Part shown: piece by piece, positions 45,131 to 58,868 of the stretch | How the letters are laid out: each line of letters opens with the position of its first letter | Position numbering within the stretch: position 1 is the first letter of the stretch | Origin: Camelus ferus | Lineage: Eukaryota | Direction of reading: 5' to 3' | DNA: 64,000 bases | Assembly (NCBI RefSeq): GCF_009834535.1 | Contig: NC_045697.1 | Coordinates: 53,136,001 to 53,200,000, forward strand | Notes under the pieces: generated by a model | The model's database searches: none | The model's input: only the letters and a program-made list of their open reading frames with translations | What the model was told of the DNA's origin: nothing | Translations under genes and position numbers: made by a program

Positions 45131-47479
45131 GCACGCTCCTCGTTCTTCTTCCTTTATTTCAATGGGGGAGAGAAAAAGTTTCACATATAAGGGATCCCTT
45201 CTGAGCTAATCCCCAAACAAAAGAAAGGAGGTGAAATCTGTTAGCTGTGTGCATGCATCTCTCAGGCACAGAGTGAACCTGTTAGCTTATCTTCAGATTG
45301 AACAGGGCAAGGCTCATATTTTAAATATAAAAGCCTTTAAAAAAATTAACTCCCTAGCTTCTAGTGCTGCTTCTTCCCTATTCTCTTGTTTTTCTCAGTT
45401 GTTCCTTTCTCTGCTTACACAGCAAAATTTGAATTCACTGTGATAGCGTTTAACATGTTTTACCATTTAGTAACTTAAGTCGGGATTCACCTTAGGAGGC
45501 TGTGGTTTTCCTAAGGACAGAATTGTGTTTGTTTGAGTGTGTGAAAAATATGTTTATAACATAGAAGAAAAAATTTTAAAAAATAACATGCTTATGACAG
45601 TCTGTTTTTCTTTGCTGTATGATTTGTACAGAAGTTATGCTGATCTCTTAAATACCTACTTCCCTTGGTAAACTCAACACTGGCCGATATGGCTTTTAAC
45701 TTCAGTTTCTGAAGCTAATTGTCTATTTACCTGAAATCCACCAAACTATATTATTGCTATTGTGTCACTTGCTGAGGTGATTTATTGATATATATTTTAA
45801 AACCACCATAAAAATTTTGAAATTAAATTGTTGTTGACTTTCGGTTTATGCTATACAAGGCGTGGTGTTAACAGTAATTTTATCAGACAACATGGACACT
45901 CATTCTGAATTTAATTGGCTTACTTTCTCTTTTCATTTGAAGATACCTAAAAATTTGCTTAATGGTAATTATATCTTTTTTTTTTTCCCCCACATACTTC
46001 TTTCATATCAGGTAGCCCTAATGTTGTGACATACAGGGCTAACTAGGTAGAAAGGCGAATAAGTCTAACATCATTTTTTTTTCCTTCAGTCTTCTTCAAT
46101 TTTCCCTATCCTCTGGATCGTCTTAATACTTTTATTAAGCATTGGAACAAATACTGAATCCCCAAAGTTATGTCCAAGACTCACTGGATTGTTCTTTTAA
46201 TCAGGCAGAGTGTTGATGCACTAAGCATCTATGTACATAACAATTACCTTCAGATCAAAAGCAACGTGTTATGTGTTGAACGATTATAATCTTATCACTT
46301 TAGTAATTTGGAAATACCATTCCCATGATATTAAATATTGCTCTTTAAGTGAATTAAAGTAATTGCTGGAAAGCTAGTGCAATAATACATTTGTAAGGAT
46401 GAAATGCTCATTCAGTTAGAGATTATGTTTGCAGATCTTTTCGTTTGAAGTAAGCCGCCAGCAGACTCAGAATCCCTGGCTGGCACTAATTCATCTTTAT
46501 AAGATCTAAGATAGCTAAGATTTCCACCTCATGGTTTCCAGAATTGAACCTGGGACAATGAAATCAAGTCTTTGTCTGTTAAGAAACTTCATCTTTGAAA
46601 TTTTGTTTTTTGCAAGTCCAAGAAGTTCTAATGTCCTAATTCATTGCCCCCCTCACCCTGCCTTGTCAAGGTGAAAAATTCATTTATTTTTCCATATGAT
46701 TTCCGGTTATGAATTTACTTAGTATTTCTGGAAATTGTGCTCTACAATATGTATGTGGCTAACACCAGTGTTTTCCCATACACTAAAATAATCATATTGA
46801 AGGAGGTGCTACAGATAGAAAAATGGTTTTTTGGTGTCCATATGTAGTTGTGATTCTTACATGGCAAAAGTGAATAGGCATAGCTCTAATTGATTTTCAC
46901 AGAATTCTTGTTTTGTTTTATTGAATCTTTAAACTTATTAGTACCATATGGTTAATGGATGAGAATACTTATCATTTCAACACCTACTTACTGGGTGTCT
47001 GTGAAAGGCACTTGTGGAAAGCAGGAGATAATTTATAATCTCTTCTAGGGCGAAAGGAATGTACATGATGATGATGCTCACTGCCATTTACTTATTCATA
47101 TGTCTAGTCAAGTAGTAATTGGGTGCCTGATAACTTTAAGGTTCAGCCCCAGGCCCTGAGTGACATATGGGGAGCACGATAGGTAAAATCTGCCCAATGA
47201 GTTATGCAATAGTCAAAAGACTATTATTTTGGTGGTTGAGCAGGGGGGAAACTTTTTTTTGGAAAGTTTCTTGGCTTTGAAGTTTGGGTAAGTTTTGAGA
47301 CTGGAGTTAGTTTAGGTGAGATTTTTTTAGGTGTAAGAAAAAGAATGAACAATGGCTCAGAAATGAGAATTCTAAGAGTTGATTGTGTTAAAAAGAGAGA
47401 ATGTCTGATCCCCATGCTTCTCCATAGCATGCATAGCCTGGAGCAAGAGTAAGGTCAGCAGAGATCTAGAGGAAGCCCT

Positions 47480-48084
47480 GGGAACTCCGAGGCGAGTTAA
47501 ATCCTCCCTTTTTCATGTCACTATACTCACTGGGCTCAAAGTAGAATCTCATCCACCTGGGGTAAGACTGGCCCTTTTTGAACCTTCATGTCTCAATATA
47601 TAGGAGTGAATCCAAGGCCCCAAGACTTTAACCCCTTCCTAGCCCCAAACTCAACACCACTATTTCCTTGAGACCATGAAGAAGACTAATCTTATTATGC
47701 ACTTTATTCCTCATGACATCCAAAATATCTAAAATCAAGCTTCTCCAACTTGAAGACATGGTTTTACCTGTAACTGTTTAAAAAATCTTGCCTCTTTTCT
47801 ATGGCTCTTACACCTTTGAACCTGGAGATGGGTTAGATATCTCCCTTGCTCTTTACTGATGCTTCAGATCACTTTGTGTCTCTCTATAAACTTTCACCAA
47901 CTTGGACTCTGGTGTCATTATATACCTTCCACTACATGTCCAGTGCCTCTAGTCATTTAGTGACACTTAAATAACTCCCCCAAATCTTGTAAACATTTTG
48001 TGTTAGAGCTCTTCAGAGAAACAGAACCAATAGGTTACATATATATGTATATGTATGTGTATGTATATGTATATGTACATGTAT

Positions 48085-48120
<36 letters not shown>

Positions 48121-50210
48121 AACCTACACACATGTGTATATATGAATGAAGAGATTTATTATGACAAATTGGTTCAGATGATTATGGAGGCTGAGAAGTC
48201 TCAGGATGAATTGTCTGCAATTTGGAGACCCAGAGCAATCAAGTCCAGTTCAAGGCCTGAGAACAAGGGTAGCTAATGGTGTATATCCTTGTCCAAAAGC
48301 AGGAGAAAATAGACGTCCCAAATAAAACAGGAAGGAAGGAAGGAAGCAAAAGGGGGCAAATTCATTCTTCCTCCACTTTTTTTCTTCTATTCAGATCCAA
48401 GAGGACTGGATGATGCATACCCACATTGGGGAGCGTGATCTACTTTACTGAGTTCACCAATTTAAATGCTAATCTCATCCAGAAACAACATCACAGACAC
48501 ACTCAGAAATAATGTTTAATCTGGGCACTCCTTGGCTCAGTCAAATTGACACATAAAAATAACCATCACAGATTTTATCTCCTGGTTCACTAAACCACTC
48601 CTTTTTCAACTGTTGGTGATTTCCTGTCCACATAGAAGACGCTTTGAAAGTTTTGTTCTCTCAGTTCCTTGACTCTTTTTTCCTATATGCTTATCCCTTG
48701 TTCTGTTTTAGCCACTCATTTTCATGGCTATAAATAAAATACCTTTCTAACAATCCCTATTAGAAACAAAGCCCTCTGCTACCCTGATTCTAGCAATTCT
48801 TTAACCTTGTAAACACCTCCAGTCCACTGATCCTACCAACTTTTAACTCTTCCTTACTCCTTGTGAGTCCTTAATGTCCTTTTCATCCAACTCACAATCC
48901 ATGAACAATTTCTATAGTCCCTCCTTTTCATACACCATTAATTACCTCATTCTGCTATTCTGCTCTTGCTCTATTGTACTTGCTTGGAAAAACATCAATT
49001 TGGAGTAAATCTAACTCTCCATCCACTTTGTTCTTGCACTCAGAGAAATCCATAGTCGATGACCACTTATAGGTGTCTCTTAATGCTGAATTGTAATCAT
49101 AATAAGGTTCTTTAATCCGTTCACTTTCTGAATCTTCTTATTATAGCTTCCCCTTCAAATTTCTAACATTTCCTGCTAATCCTCACTCTTAGTTGATAAC
49201 CTCGCCCCTTATTTCATGAAAAAATAAATAGATGAAATCAAAAGAGATCATTCACAAGTTCTACCATCATATTTCCCTGTACCCTGTAATTTGAATTTGT
49301 GAATCTGTCTTCCTGCCAATTACTATGGATGATTTCTCCAAAGCTAGGCTTAAGGCCAACTCCTCCATTTTAGACTAGATCTCACTCCCTTTCCTATTTA
49401 AAGATTTTATTCCAGTAATCCTCTCTCTCCTGTGTTATTATTTCCCCCTCTTTGTTGGCTCATTATCATCAGTATACAGACATGATGTTCTTTCTTCCAT
49501 CATAAAACAAAAAAATAAAAGCAGATCTTTTTTTCTCTTGACTTTACATTCTCCTCCAGATACTGCCCCATTTCTCTGCTCTTCTTATAATAAAACAACT
49601 AAAAAAAAATTGTCTTCAGTGTCTCTGTCAGAGTCTTTTCGACCTGCTTCAAAAGGCTTTTGTCTTCACTACCTAAACTGCTCTGGTAGTTGATACCTTC
49701 TAATTGCTCACGCCTTTATGTTGTCAAATCAAGTTGTCCATTTTAAGGCCTCATTTTACTTGACTTAACAATGTGTTTGACACAGCCAATCATGCTTTCC
49801 TCGATGAAACATTTTCTTCATTTGGTTTCTATTATACAACATGCTCTTGTTCTTCTACTTCACTAGTCTCTCCTTGTAGTTCTTAATTGGTTCTTCCTCA
49901 TCTCTCCAAGCATCTGGAATATTCCATGCCTCCATCTTTGAATCTCTTCCCTTCTATGTGCATACTCCTTTGATGATTTTATTTAGTCACATGTTTCTAA
50001 AATACCATCAAAATGATAATAATAATCAAATTAATATCTCCAGCTCAGATATCTAGCCTAAATTCCAGACTAATGTATCTGATTTCTTATTTAACAGAGC
50101 CAGTTGGATGTCAATAGACATGTCATGTCTAGATAAAACTTTTGATATATTCCAAATACCAACCCCCAACAAAAAAGCTCCCATAGTTTTTCCCATCTTG
50201 TTTGTTGACA
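47480..50210. mobile_element. Old L2 LINE fragments interrupted by MLT2
   Basis: Pyrimidine-rich L2-like motifs (tactgccccatttctctgctc, ttttacttgacttaac, taatatctccagctcaga); boundaries approximate. Confidence 0.5.
47999..48570. mobile_element. MLT2-type LTR (opposite orientation to the 21933 copy) with (TA)n tract
   Basis: cttcagagaaacagaaccaatagg...gattatggaggctgagaagtctc...gtcaaattgacacataaaaataaccatcaca. Confidence 0.8.
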
Positions 50211-50212
50211 AC

Positions 50213-50580
50213 TGTTATGGACTGAATTTTGTCCCTGCTAAAATTTGTAGGTTGAAGCCTTAACCCTCAGTGTTTCTGTATTTGGAGATATGGCCTTTAA
50301 GAGATATTTATGGTTAAATGAAGACATAAGGACAGGGCCCTAATTTGATGGGTCTGGTGGACTTATAAGGAGAAGAAAGAGATCTTTTCCTCTCTGTGAG
50401 CATATTTAGAGGTAAGCCTATGTAAACCCATCTGCGAGCCAGGAAGAGAGCCTTCACCAGAAATAGAATTGACTAGCACCTTGATCTTGGACTTCTAGCC
50501 TCCAGAGCTATGAGAACATAAATTTCTGTTGTTTAAACCACCCAGTCTATGGTATTTTGTTGTGGCAGCCCGAGTAGCAC
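50213..50580. mobile_element. MLT1A-like solo LTR
   Basis: tgttatggactgaattttgtccc...cttgatcttggacttctagcctccagagc...gtctatggtattttgttgtggcagccc. Confidence 0.8.
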
Positions 50581-52537
50581 TTGAGTTACTTCCCTGATAT
50601 CTGGACAGATATTTTCAATTCACAGAGCAATTGGAGTAGGGATCTGGAGCTCAAGAATGAAGTGATGAATGTCCGATAGTTACTTTTTACCGAGGATAAT
50701 GTCTGGAAGGCGACATGTGGGAGACTTCTGTGCTTATCATGCTCTATTCCTTCATCTGGGTAGCGGCTGGTTATATGATGTGCTCCCTTGGAAACACGAA
50801 TTGGATCGTGCACTTCTGATTTTGCATTTTGTGTTTTTAATGTCCATGCCAACAAGGGCTAAGTGTGAATTTCAGTAATTCAGAAATGAATATTATGACA
50901 TACTTCTTTTCATGTATATTTTAGGTGTTAATTTAATACAAACAATTCCTGTGTGTTTAAATCCTAGAAAGGAGTACTGTTTGCCTTCTGTTATATTGGA
51001 TAAGTCCTGGGGTCAGGTGATCTCCCCTCAGAGCTCTGCGTGTTGATATTGATGCTGTCCAAGACACTCTTCTAACTTTTACAGATTATCAGAAAATGGA
51101 AATTCTAAATAAAGTTTTCCTCATATCATTTCTTTTTCTGAGGTGCTTTCTTTTATATTCAGCAGTCTTTTTAAGGCCTTTGGTAGAATGAAAATATTGA
51201 ATATCCAGTATAATTCTCTGAGCCATCCTACCATGGATCATGTGTCAAAACTACCTCAGTTTATATTCCTTTTTCTTTCAGAGGAATTCTACCTTCTTCA
51301 CATGCTTTGAGCCAGATTTCTATGCTGAAGATGTTACCTGCAATTAAATTAGTTGTGTGTTAACTTTTCATTTATTTTACCTTAATTCTAGATGTAATTT
51401 TATAAATGCTAGATACACCACTTCTTAGCTCTTTGACTTTGAGCAAAACACTTAATCTCTCTAAAACCTCAGTTTTCTCTTCTGGAAAGAGTCTAATAAT
51501 AGAACCAACCTTATGGGGTTGTTACTAAGATTCAATTCGATTCAGTGAACATGTGACATTCATATTAGCAGTCAGTAATTGTTATTGTTACTGTTCTGGA
51601 ATATAAGTGGTAACCTTGAGAGTACTTCAGCTACACAGACAAGCTGAGCAATACTTTGGCCTTCAAAATGTCCATATTCCTCCCCTGATGTTGATTTATT
51701 TGCTAAGAAGGTCCCCCTATGTCAGGCCTGGTCCAATGAATCCACTAGTGCGATTACTACTTAGATCCCACTCAAGGGGAAGTCTGGTCAAGATTCATGT
51801 AGGTTTTGGATTGTCTCATTAAAATGTCTACATGTCTGTTATTTTAATAAAAATGTGAATAATATGACTATTTCTCAGCCTTTATATCTTTGAATATTAC
51901 CTCTGTTTCTTTGTTTTTATTATTTTATTGGAAGGAAATTATTCATTCTCAATCTATGCCCATGTCTCTTAAATTCTGTTTAATCTTTCAGGCTCAAGTG
52001 ATTATAGCACATTCTCACTTCCCTTTACCAGTGATCAAAATTTTTTGAATCCATTTGAAGGATGTGGCTTTCTGATTTACATGGAGAGACTTGATCCCAA
52101 GTATTTGTCTGGAATGGGCTCAATGCCCATTCTTTTGTACTCATCTGGGTTTTAAAATTCAAGCTCCTGGATTACCAAGTTGAACCATGTCCTTCAGGGC
52201 AGTCTCAGAGTTCACGCCCAACTTCTCCTCCTTGGATTTCATTTCCACTTTGTTTTTGTATTGTAGGGGTTTTTCTTACTATTATTTTCTTCTGAAGTCA
52301 GCTTATATTTAAAAGCATATTTGTTATATTTAATTCAGAATTTCTCAGTCTCAAAAATTTAATATGTATTTTCCCTGGTCTTAAAAGTAGGCAAAATGGC
52401 AAGGACATTTCAGATTATACTAGTGAGCGTGACCCTCTGTTTCCATTCCTCTGAAGTCTTCTTATAGAGCTTGGCTGATGGGAATTTTAACCATATTTTA
52501 TTTGTTTAGAGTTTCTGTAGTCCACACATTTACCTAG

Positions 52538-53048
52538 TGAAAGCAAAAATTGCAGAACAAAGTTAAAACAGGCAAGGAAGACTTCATTCAAGACTATTGC
52601 AATAGTCAACTCTGCTGGAAAAAAATGAGAGGTTTTTAAGTACTGAGGTGAGCTGGCAGAACAGTACTGGAGGATGTTATGGGCATGCTGATCAATGGGT
52701 TATGTCACACACATTGTATGATTCTTGAGTCTGCAAATGTTTTCCTCTGTGATTAGACCATCCGTGTTTGCTAATTGGTGCTTATCCAAGTTAGGTTGCT
52801 ACCCTCCCACAGAGACAGAGAGATAGGGGCACTGTCTTCATTGGCTCGCAGGTCCTTAAGAAAGACATTCCTCAATTGTAAAGTTAGAAAGAGGCTTTAG
52901 AAAAGATTTATATTACAAAGGGGCAGAGAAAGAATTTACAATTGAAATTTTTCTAAAGAGATGGTCTAAGACTCCAGGGGTCTGGTGGTAGGAAGAAACC
53001 TGTTTAAAGTTTAGTCAAGCTGAGGGGAACATTAAGGTTTTGGTCAAC
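52538..53048. mobile_element. Probable ERV1-type solo LTR
   Basis: Motifs aaaacaggcaaggaagacttcattcaagactattgcaatag and aaagtttagtcaagctgaggggaac; family uncertain. Confidence 0.45.
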
Positions 53049-53144
53049 CTTCTATTTCAGTATTGCTCATTATGGGGAGCTTTTTAGTGGGACCAAGCAT
53101 ATGAAGTTTTTAATTTACTTCCTAATGTGTGAGATAAACAGGGA

Positions 53145-53331
53145 AAAATGATTCTCAAAATGATTTATTGAACAAAAGCTAAAGAAGTAAATCCAAATGC
53201 ATTTAAGAAGTGAGACAGTGAAAGAAGCAAAATCTCTACAATGGTCTCATTTCTGAAGTACGACAGTCAGTTCTTGAGGCAATATCGCCAAAAGTTAAGG
53301 TGAGAAATTTAATATTTAGGTAGAGTAGGAC
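53145..53331 (-). other. Gene A terminal non-coding exon
   Basis: Acceptor caacattttttctag|GTC at 53331; AATAAA at 53169-53164. Confidence 0.7.
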
Positions 53332-54451
53332 CTAGAAAAAATGTTGGGAAATATAAAATTAATTTTCACTGTCCTATAAACATCACCTAATTGTTTTAAA
53401 ATTGTTATTTTCTATTTCTTATGTGAAATGAATTCCATTCTATATGGTCTATGCGCCCCTGCCCCCAGCACCACTCTCTCATTTTCCTGACAGCTCATAA
53501 TTCTGTTTTAGAGTAAAACATATTTAGTTAGATGTTTTATGTTTAGAGTCAGGCATAGCTAGCTAGCTTTGTTTAAGGCCTAATCCATCATTTACTACTA
53601 CCTAGAATGTTTACATCTTTTTTTTTTAAACTCTGTATAAAATTTTGATAGATTATATGCTCTAGTAATCTTTTCTCTGAAATAGTCCTAATCTGCTACT
53701 TCTATCTTAGAGTTTTATATCATATAATATATCATGTTCTATAATGTACATTAGAAATTTTTTGCCATATTGTATCTTCAAGGCTATAAAATTTTCTAAA
53801 TTTATTTTCATCTCTAAGGATTTTCTTTCATAATAATAGCATTATGCTCTCATTTCCATCAGAACTTAATGGAGGTTTTATTTTTTCTGTGGTTCAGTCA
53901 AGTACAGCTGCTTACAGTTTCTTGACTGTGATACTCATCCTCATGTTTGAGCTTGTATACCTGCCAGTTTCCCTTTCTCAGGTGCTGTCTGGGTGTTTTC
54001 ATACCTGTAACCTTGCATCAGACTCCTCCTCACCCCCCAAGGATTTTGTATACTACAGATACAAAATCTATATATATTTTGAAATATATATAGTATCTAG
54101 AATGGCAGAGCTCAGTAATCTTTATTTTGGAAAAGAAGTGAAGTGATTGTGAGTCAACTGTCAAATAAAATATCTTCTGGGATCTCTATTCTAGAATTCC
54201 AAGCTTGTGACTGTTGGCTTACGTGTTAAGAGATTTGGATTCTAGACCTGGCTTTACCACCATGTGTTCTGAATTTGAGTTAATCCCATAACTCTATATT
54301 CTATACATACAATGGGAGAATATCTGCTCTCTTTCATAGAACTATAAAAAATTTGGGCAGATCAGGAGTAACTAACCATATGTAAGCTATTTGGGGATAT
54401 ACAGAACACTACTGAATTTCCTCATTTTATTCTTTGCATGCAGTAATTTAC

Positions 54452-57400
54452 CTGTTGCCGACATGTTGAAATGTGCTGCTGCAATGATTTATGGTGAGAC
54501 AGAAACACTAGCACTGGCTGTAGGTGCTGTGGTTGTAGTAATGGGTGGTGGTTGTGTGCCACTGTCAGCAGCAGACATGGTTTCGGTGGAGGCTGTGTTG
54601 GTGGTGACTGTGGTTGTGGGACTGATGGTTGTCGCTGGTGCAGTAGTAATCACGTTAGCTTCAGTGGTGGTTGCTGCTGCCATTGTGATGGCTGGAGGAG
54701 CGGAGGTTCCTTTAGGAGGTGGAGTGGTAGTATCTGTTGCAGCTGTGGAAACCACAGAGGGTTCCTTGGATTCTGCAGGAGTCGTGGTAGCTACAGTACT
54801 TGTCGCAGGAAGAGTAGTGTCGTTGGCTGAGGTAGTAGTGACCTCACTGTCAGTGGCAGTGGTTTCACCTCCTGTGGTGGCTGGGTCCAATCCTGTGGTT
54901 AAAGCTTCAGAGCCTGTGGTCGTGACGGAGAGTGATGGAGTTGTAGTGGCCGCTGTGTAGCTAACGCCATCTACAGGTTCAAAAATTTTATCATCCACTG
55001 CAGGTGTAGCTTCAGTGGTTGAAGAATCAGGTACAGCAGTGGAAGCAAAAGTAACTGGGATGGAATTGCCAGTATCTGGTACACCCATACTGGTAACAGT
55101 TGTGGCACCCGAGGCTGACGGTGTGGTCACACTACTTGTGGAGGCTGCCACTGTTACAGTGGTGGCTGCTATAGGAATGGTGGTTGTAGCTGAAGCAGCT
55201 GTTGCTGTAGTAGCCACAAATAAGGTGCCTGCTTCTAAGGTTGTGAAGTCAGCTGAAGGGGTTGTGGCATCAGTGGGTGCAGTTGTGGCACCCTTGGCTG
55301 GAGTGGTGGCAGCTTCAGTGGTTGTGTTATCTGCTGACTCAGTGGTAGGCCTCACCCCCTGGAGCTGTAGCACTGGGGGTCTGGTTAATGGTTTCACCAT
55401 TGGTGGTCAATGCACCAGATTCAGTAGTAGAGTGAGAAATACCTTGTGTGGTGGTGGCAGCACTTGGTGTGGTTGTGGTGGCATCAAAAGATGTGGCACG
55501 AGTGACTGAAGGTGTGGTGGTAACACTTGTGGTGGCACCAACCCCTGGAGTTGTGGAGGCTGCTGTAGTTATAGTGGCAGTTCCTTCAGATACTGTGGTT
55601 GTTGCCGAAACAGTGGTACTTGCAGCTGGAGATGTGGAGTCTACTGCTGAGGATGTAGCGTTAACTGGGGGGGGGGGGTGTGGCATCAGCAGGTACAGTT
55701 GTGACAGCTTTAGTGATTGTGTCATCTGCTGGTCCAATGGTAGCCTCTTCCCCTGGAATTGTAGCTCCAGGAGGCTGGGTGGTGGTTTCTACCAACTGGT
55801 CAACACATCAGGTTCAGCAGTAGGGGCTGAAGTAACAGGGGTTGAAGTGGCAGCACCTGCTACAGTTGTGCCAACAGCTGCAGTTGTGTTACTGATGGCT
55901 GAAGTTGTGGCTGTACCGCTGGTGGTTGTATCTTGCCCTAGAGTTGAAGAGGCTGCTGCTGTTGTGAGGATTGTTCCTACCAGCGCTGGGGGTGAGGATC
56001 CAGCAGATTGTAGTAGCAGTGGGTGTTAAGTCTGTTTCCAAGGTTGTGGAGTCCATTGCACCAGTTGTGACTCCATCAAGTGAAGTTGTGGTGGCAGCTT
56101 TAGTTGTGTCATTGGCTGATTCTGTGGTTTCCTCATTCACTGTGGCACTAGTTTCAGTGGTTGTGTCAATCACTGTTTCAGTGGTAGTCTCACCCGCTGG
56201 TGTGATGGTAGAACTTGATGTGGCTGTGGTGGCAGTCCCAAGTGCACTGGCAGTTGTAGAACTTGGTGCAACCGTGGTTGTGGGACCAGGAGCAACTGTG
56301 GTTGTGACAGAACCAGAAGCCATGCTAAAAGTTCCAGGTACTTTTGTGGTAGTAGCACCAACAGTTGTGGCAACAATGGATAATAATAAGGTAGCACCAG
56401 CACTGGTAGCACCAGTCCCTAGGGTTGTGGAAGGTGTTACAGTTGTGGCTTCAACACATGTGGAGGTTGTGGCTGCAGCAGTGGTGGCCACCATAGCAGG
56501 GGATGTGGTACCTGAGTTTGCTGAAGTTGTAGAGGCATCTTGAGTGGTGGAAACATCTGTCGGTGGGAGAGTGGTATCTTCTGCTGTGTTTGCTTCAGTC
56601 TCTGAGACCTCCATGGTTAAATCAGGTGTAATGGTGGTGGAGGCAGAGGTTAAGAGGGTTGTGGAGCTCGCTCCTGAGTTTATGGAGATTGTAGAGCTAG
56701 AAGCAGTAGACTCTTGCCATGTAGATGCCACTGCAGGTGCCTCTGATGTCGTCACAGATGCTGATGCAGTTGTGGTGGAAACAGCACCAGCACCAGCACC
56801 ACTAACAGTTGCTGAGTTAGTGGTTGATGCTACTAGGGCTGTAGTGGCAGCCATTGAGGACAGGGTTTCAGGTATTCTGGTGGTTGCTTCTGATCCCTTA
56901 GTTGCAGTGGTTGGGCCTTCAGTTGTAATGCCTTCAGGGCCCGTTGGCCTTTTTTGGAGGTTTTGGTTTATGACAGGGTGGCTTGTGAGGTTGGTGATGC
57001 TGCTGCTGATGTGCCTGGGAATGCAGGGCACTTGGCCACGGTCCTGGTGGAAGTGGACAGAATTGATGAACCTTCAGTGGGCACTTATGTGGTCGATTTT
57101 GTTGTGGGTAAGGAAGTTTGGTATGATGAACTTTAGATGAAGGATGTAATAGAAGTGGTTTTGTGACTTTGCTATGTGGGCATTTTTTCTGTGCAACCTG
57201 AATTTTGGGTTTAGATGGTTTAGATGGACCTTTAGATTTAGATGGTCCTTTTGGTTTAGATGGTTTCAACCATCTTTTGGTAAGTGTAGATTTCCTTTTT
57301 TTAGATTGTTTTATAGTTTTGCTTTGCTAAGGGAGATGGTCTTTTCTTTCCTTGAAGAGATTTAAGCTGATTTGCACCTTTCTTAGGAGGTTTGGATGGT

Positions 57401-58868
57401 CCCTTTCTGTATTTACTTGTTCTTTTCTTTGCTGTTTGAGTTATGGGCTGTCTATTTTTAGATGGTTTTATAGATTTACTCTTGGAAAGAACAGTTTTTG
57501 TAGTCTTTTTGCCTGTTGTGGGCTGTTTCTGTGTAGACTTTTTGGGAATTTTCTTAGCTAGAGATCTTTCTGGTCCTGCTGGAGCAGATTTAGACTGTGT
57601 TTTGGCAACTGGTTTAAATTTTGTTAGGTTTTTTCTTTTTGGCCAGAGTTTTTTTGAGAGCTGGAGGTTTGCGTTCTTTTGCTTGATTTGAATGCTTCCT
57701 GGCAGTTTTAGGCAAGGAGCTTTCAGATTTACGTGGTCTTTTCTTTGAGGCTGTTTGTGTTTTTAGCACTGATTTAGTGCGTTAGGCTGATTCACCTGTT
57801 TGTTGGCAGGTGCAGTAAAGGTTCTCTTGGCTATAGAGGTTTTCCTTTTTGTTGCAGCTTCTTTTGGCTGATTGAGACTTTTCTTGGCAGATGCAGATGC
57901 TGCCTTTTTAGATTTAGTTAGATTTTTCTTTCTGGCTTTAGGAGCTGATCTCGTTGCTGTTGTCCTCTTAGTTGCCCTTTTTTTTTGACTGAAGTTAATT
58001 GTTTATTTTTTTGTTTCATTAGAATTTTCTTTTTGGCCACACTTTTTCTGGGGACTGTTCTAACTTCTTTTGCCTGCTTCTGGTTTTTCCTGGCAGATGA
58101 ATACAGAGTTTTGTGAGATTTACTTGGTCTTTTCTTTGAGGTTGGAGAAGTTTGCGGGGAAGCTTTTATTGCTGTGGACTTAGATGATTGTTTTTTGGAT
58201 AATACAGACAAGGCTTTAGATTTCTTATTAGGTAGAGATGTTTTTGGAGCTGTTCCAATTGTGGGTTGTTTTAACTGTTTCTTAGCAGGTGTAGACTGGA
58301 TTTTCTTGGATTTTTGTGGACTTTTCTTCCTAGCTGAAGTTCTTTTTGAAGCAGCCTTAGCCGTTCTTGGGAGATTCAGCTGCTTCTTGCTAGAAGTGGA
58401 CAGGCATTTTTCAGATGCATTTTGGCTTTTCTTTATGGCTGAGGATGATTTTGGTGCTGCTGCAGTCCGTTTTGACTGTTTCTTGGCAGTTGTCTTTTGA
58501 CGTTTTTTAGGCTGTTTGAGAGTTTTGCTTGCCTTCAGTGGAATAGTTCGTCTTGTTAGACCAGATGAATGGGGGATCAACCCTTTCTTGGCAGAGGTCA
58601 ATGTACTTTTCTTAGGCTTGCCTTGTAGATTTTGTCTTTGTGATGGCTTTTTCTTTTTGCTTGATGTCCTCAGATTTGAAGGTAATTGGCTGGCTGCTTT
58701 GTTAGTTGGTATAGATCCGGCAGAGGCACAAGAAAGGGCTTGAGGTTTCCTAATGACCTGGGTCGATGAAGATCTACTTTGTGATGCCCTGGCAGGGGAG
58801 CTTAGCGCTGGTCGACTGTTGACTGTCTTTCCTGTTGCTCGATGCCGCGGTTGCTGACTCTCACTGAA
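54452..58868 (-). pseudogene. Gene A exon 3: Lys-rich basic domain, His/Pro/Cys linker and PTS mucin domain; multiple frameshifts
   Basis: Acceptor tttcttttctctccccctgcag|TTC AGT GAG AGT CAG CAA CCG CGG (FSESQQPR) in frame with ORF 57918-58601; T/A/S/P-rich ORFs 55889-57031, 55339-55737 and 54489-55400; terminal TAA at 54491-54489; donor CAG|gtaaat at 54452. Confidence 0.85.

Noticed and set aside
54391..57140. Plus-strand Val/Ala-rich ORFs of 160-200 aa that look like membrane proteins
   Set aside because: Antisense shadows of Thr-rich mucin codons; splice sites and signal exon are all on the minus strand
57180..58868. Histone H1 or protamine-like retrogene
   Set aside because: No H1 globular domain; it is spliced in frame to a signal exon and continuous with the mucin domain
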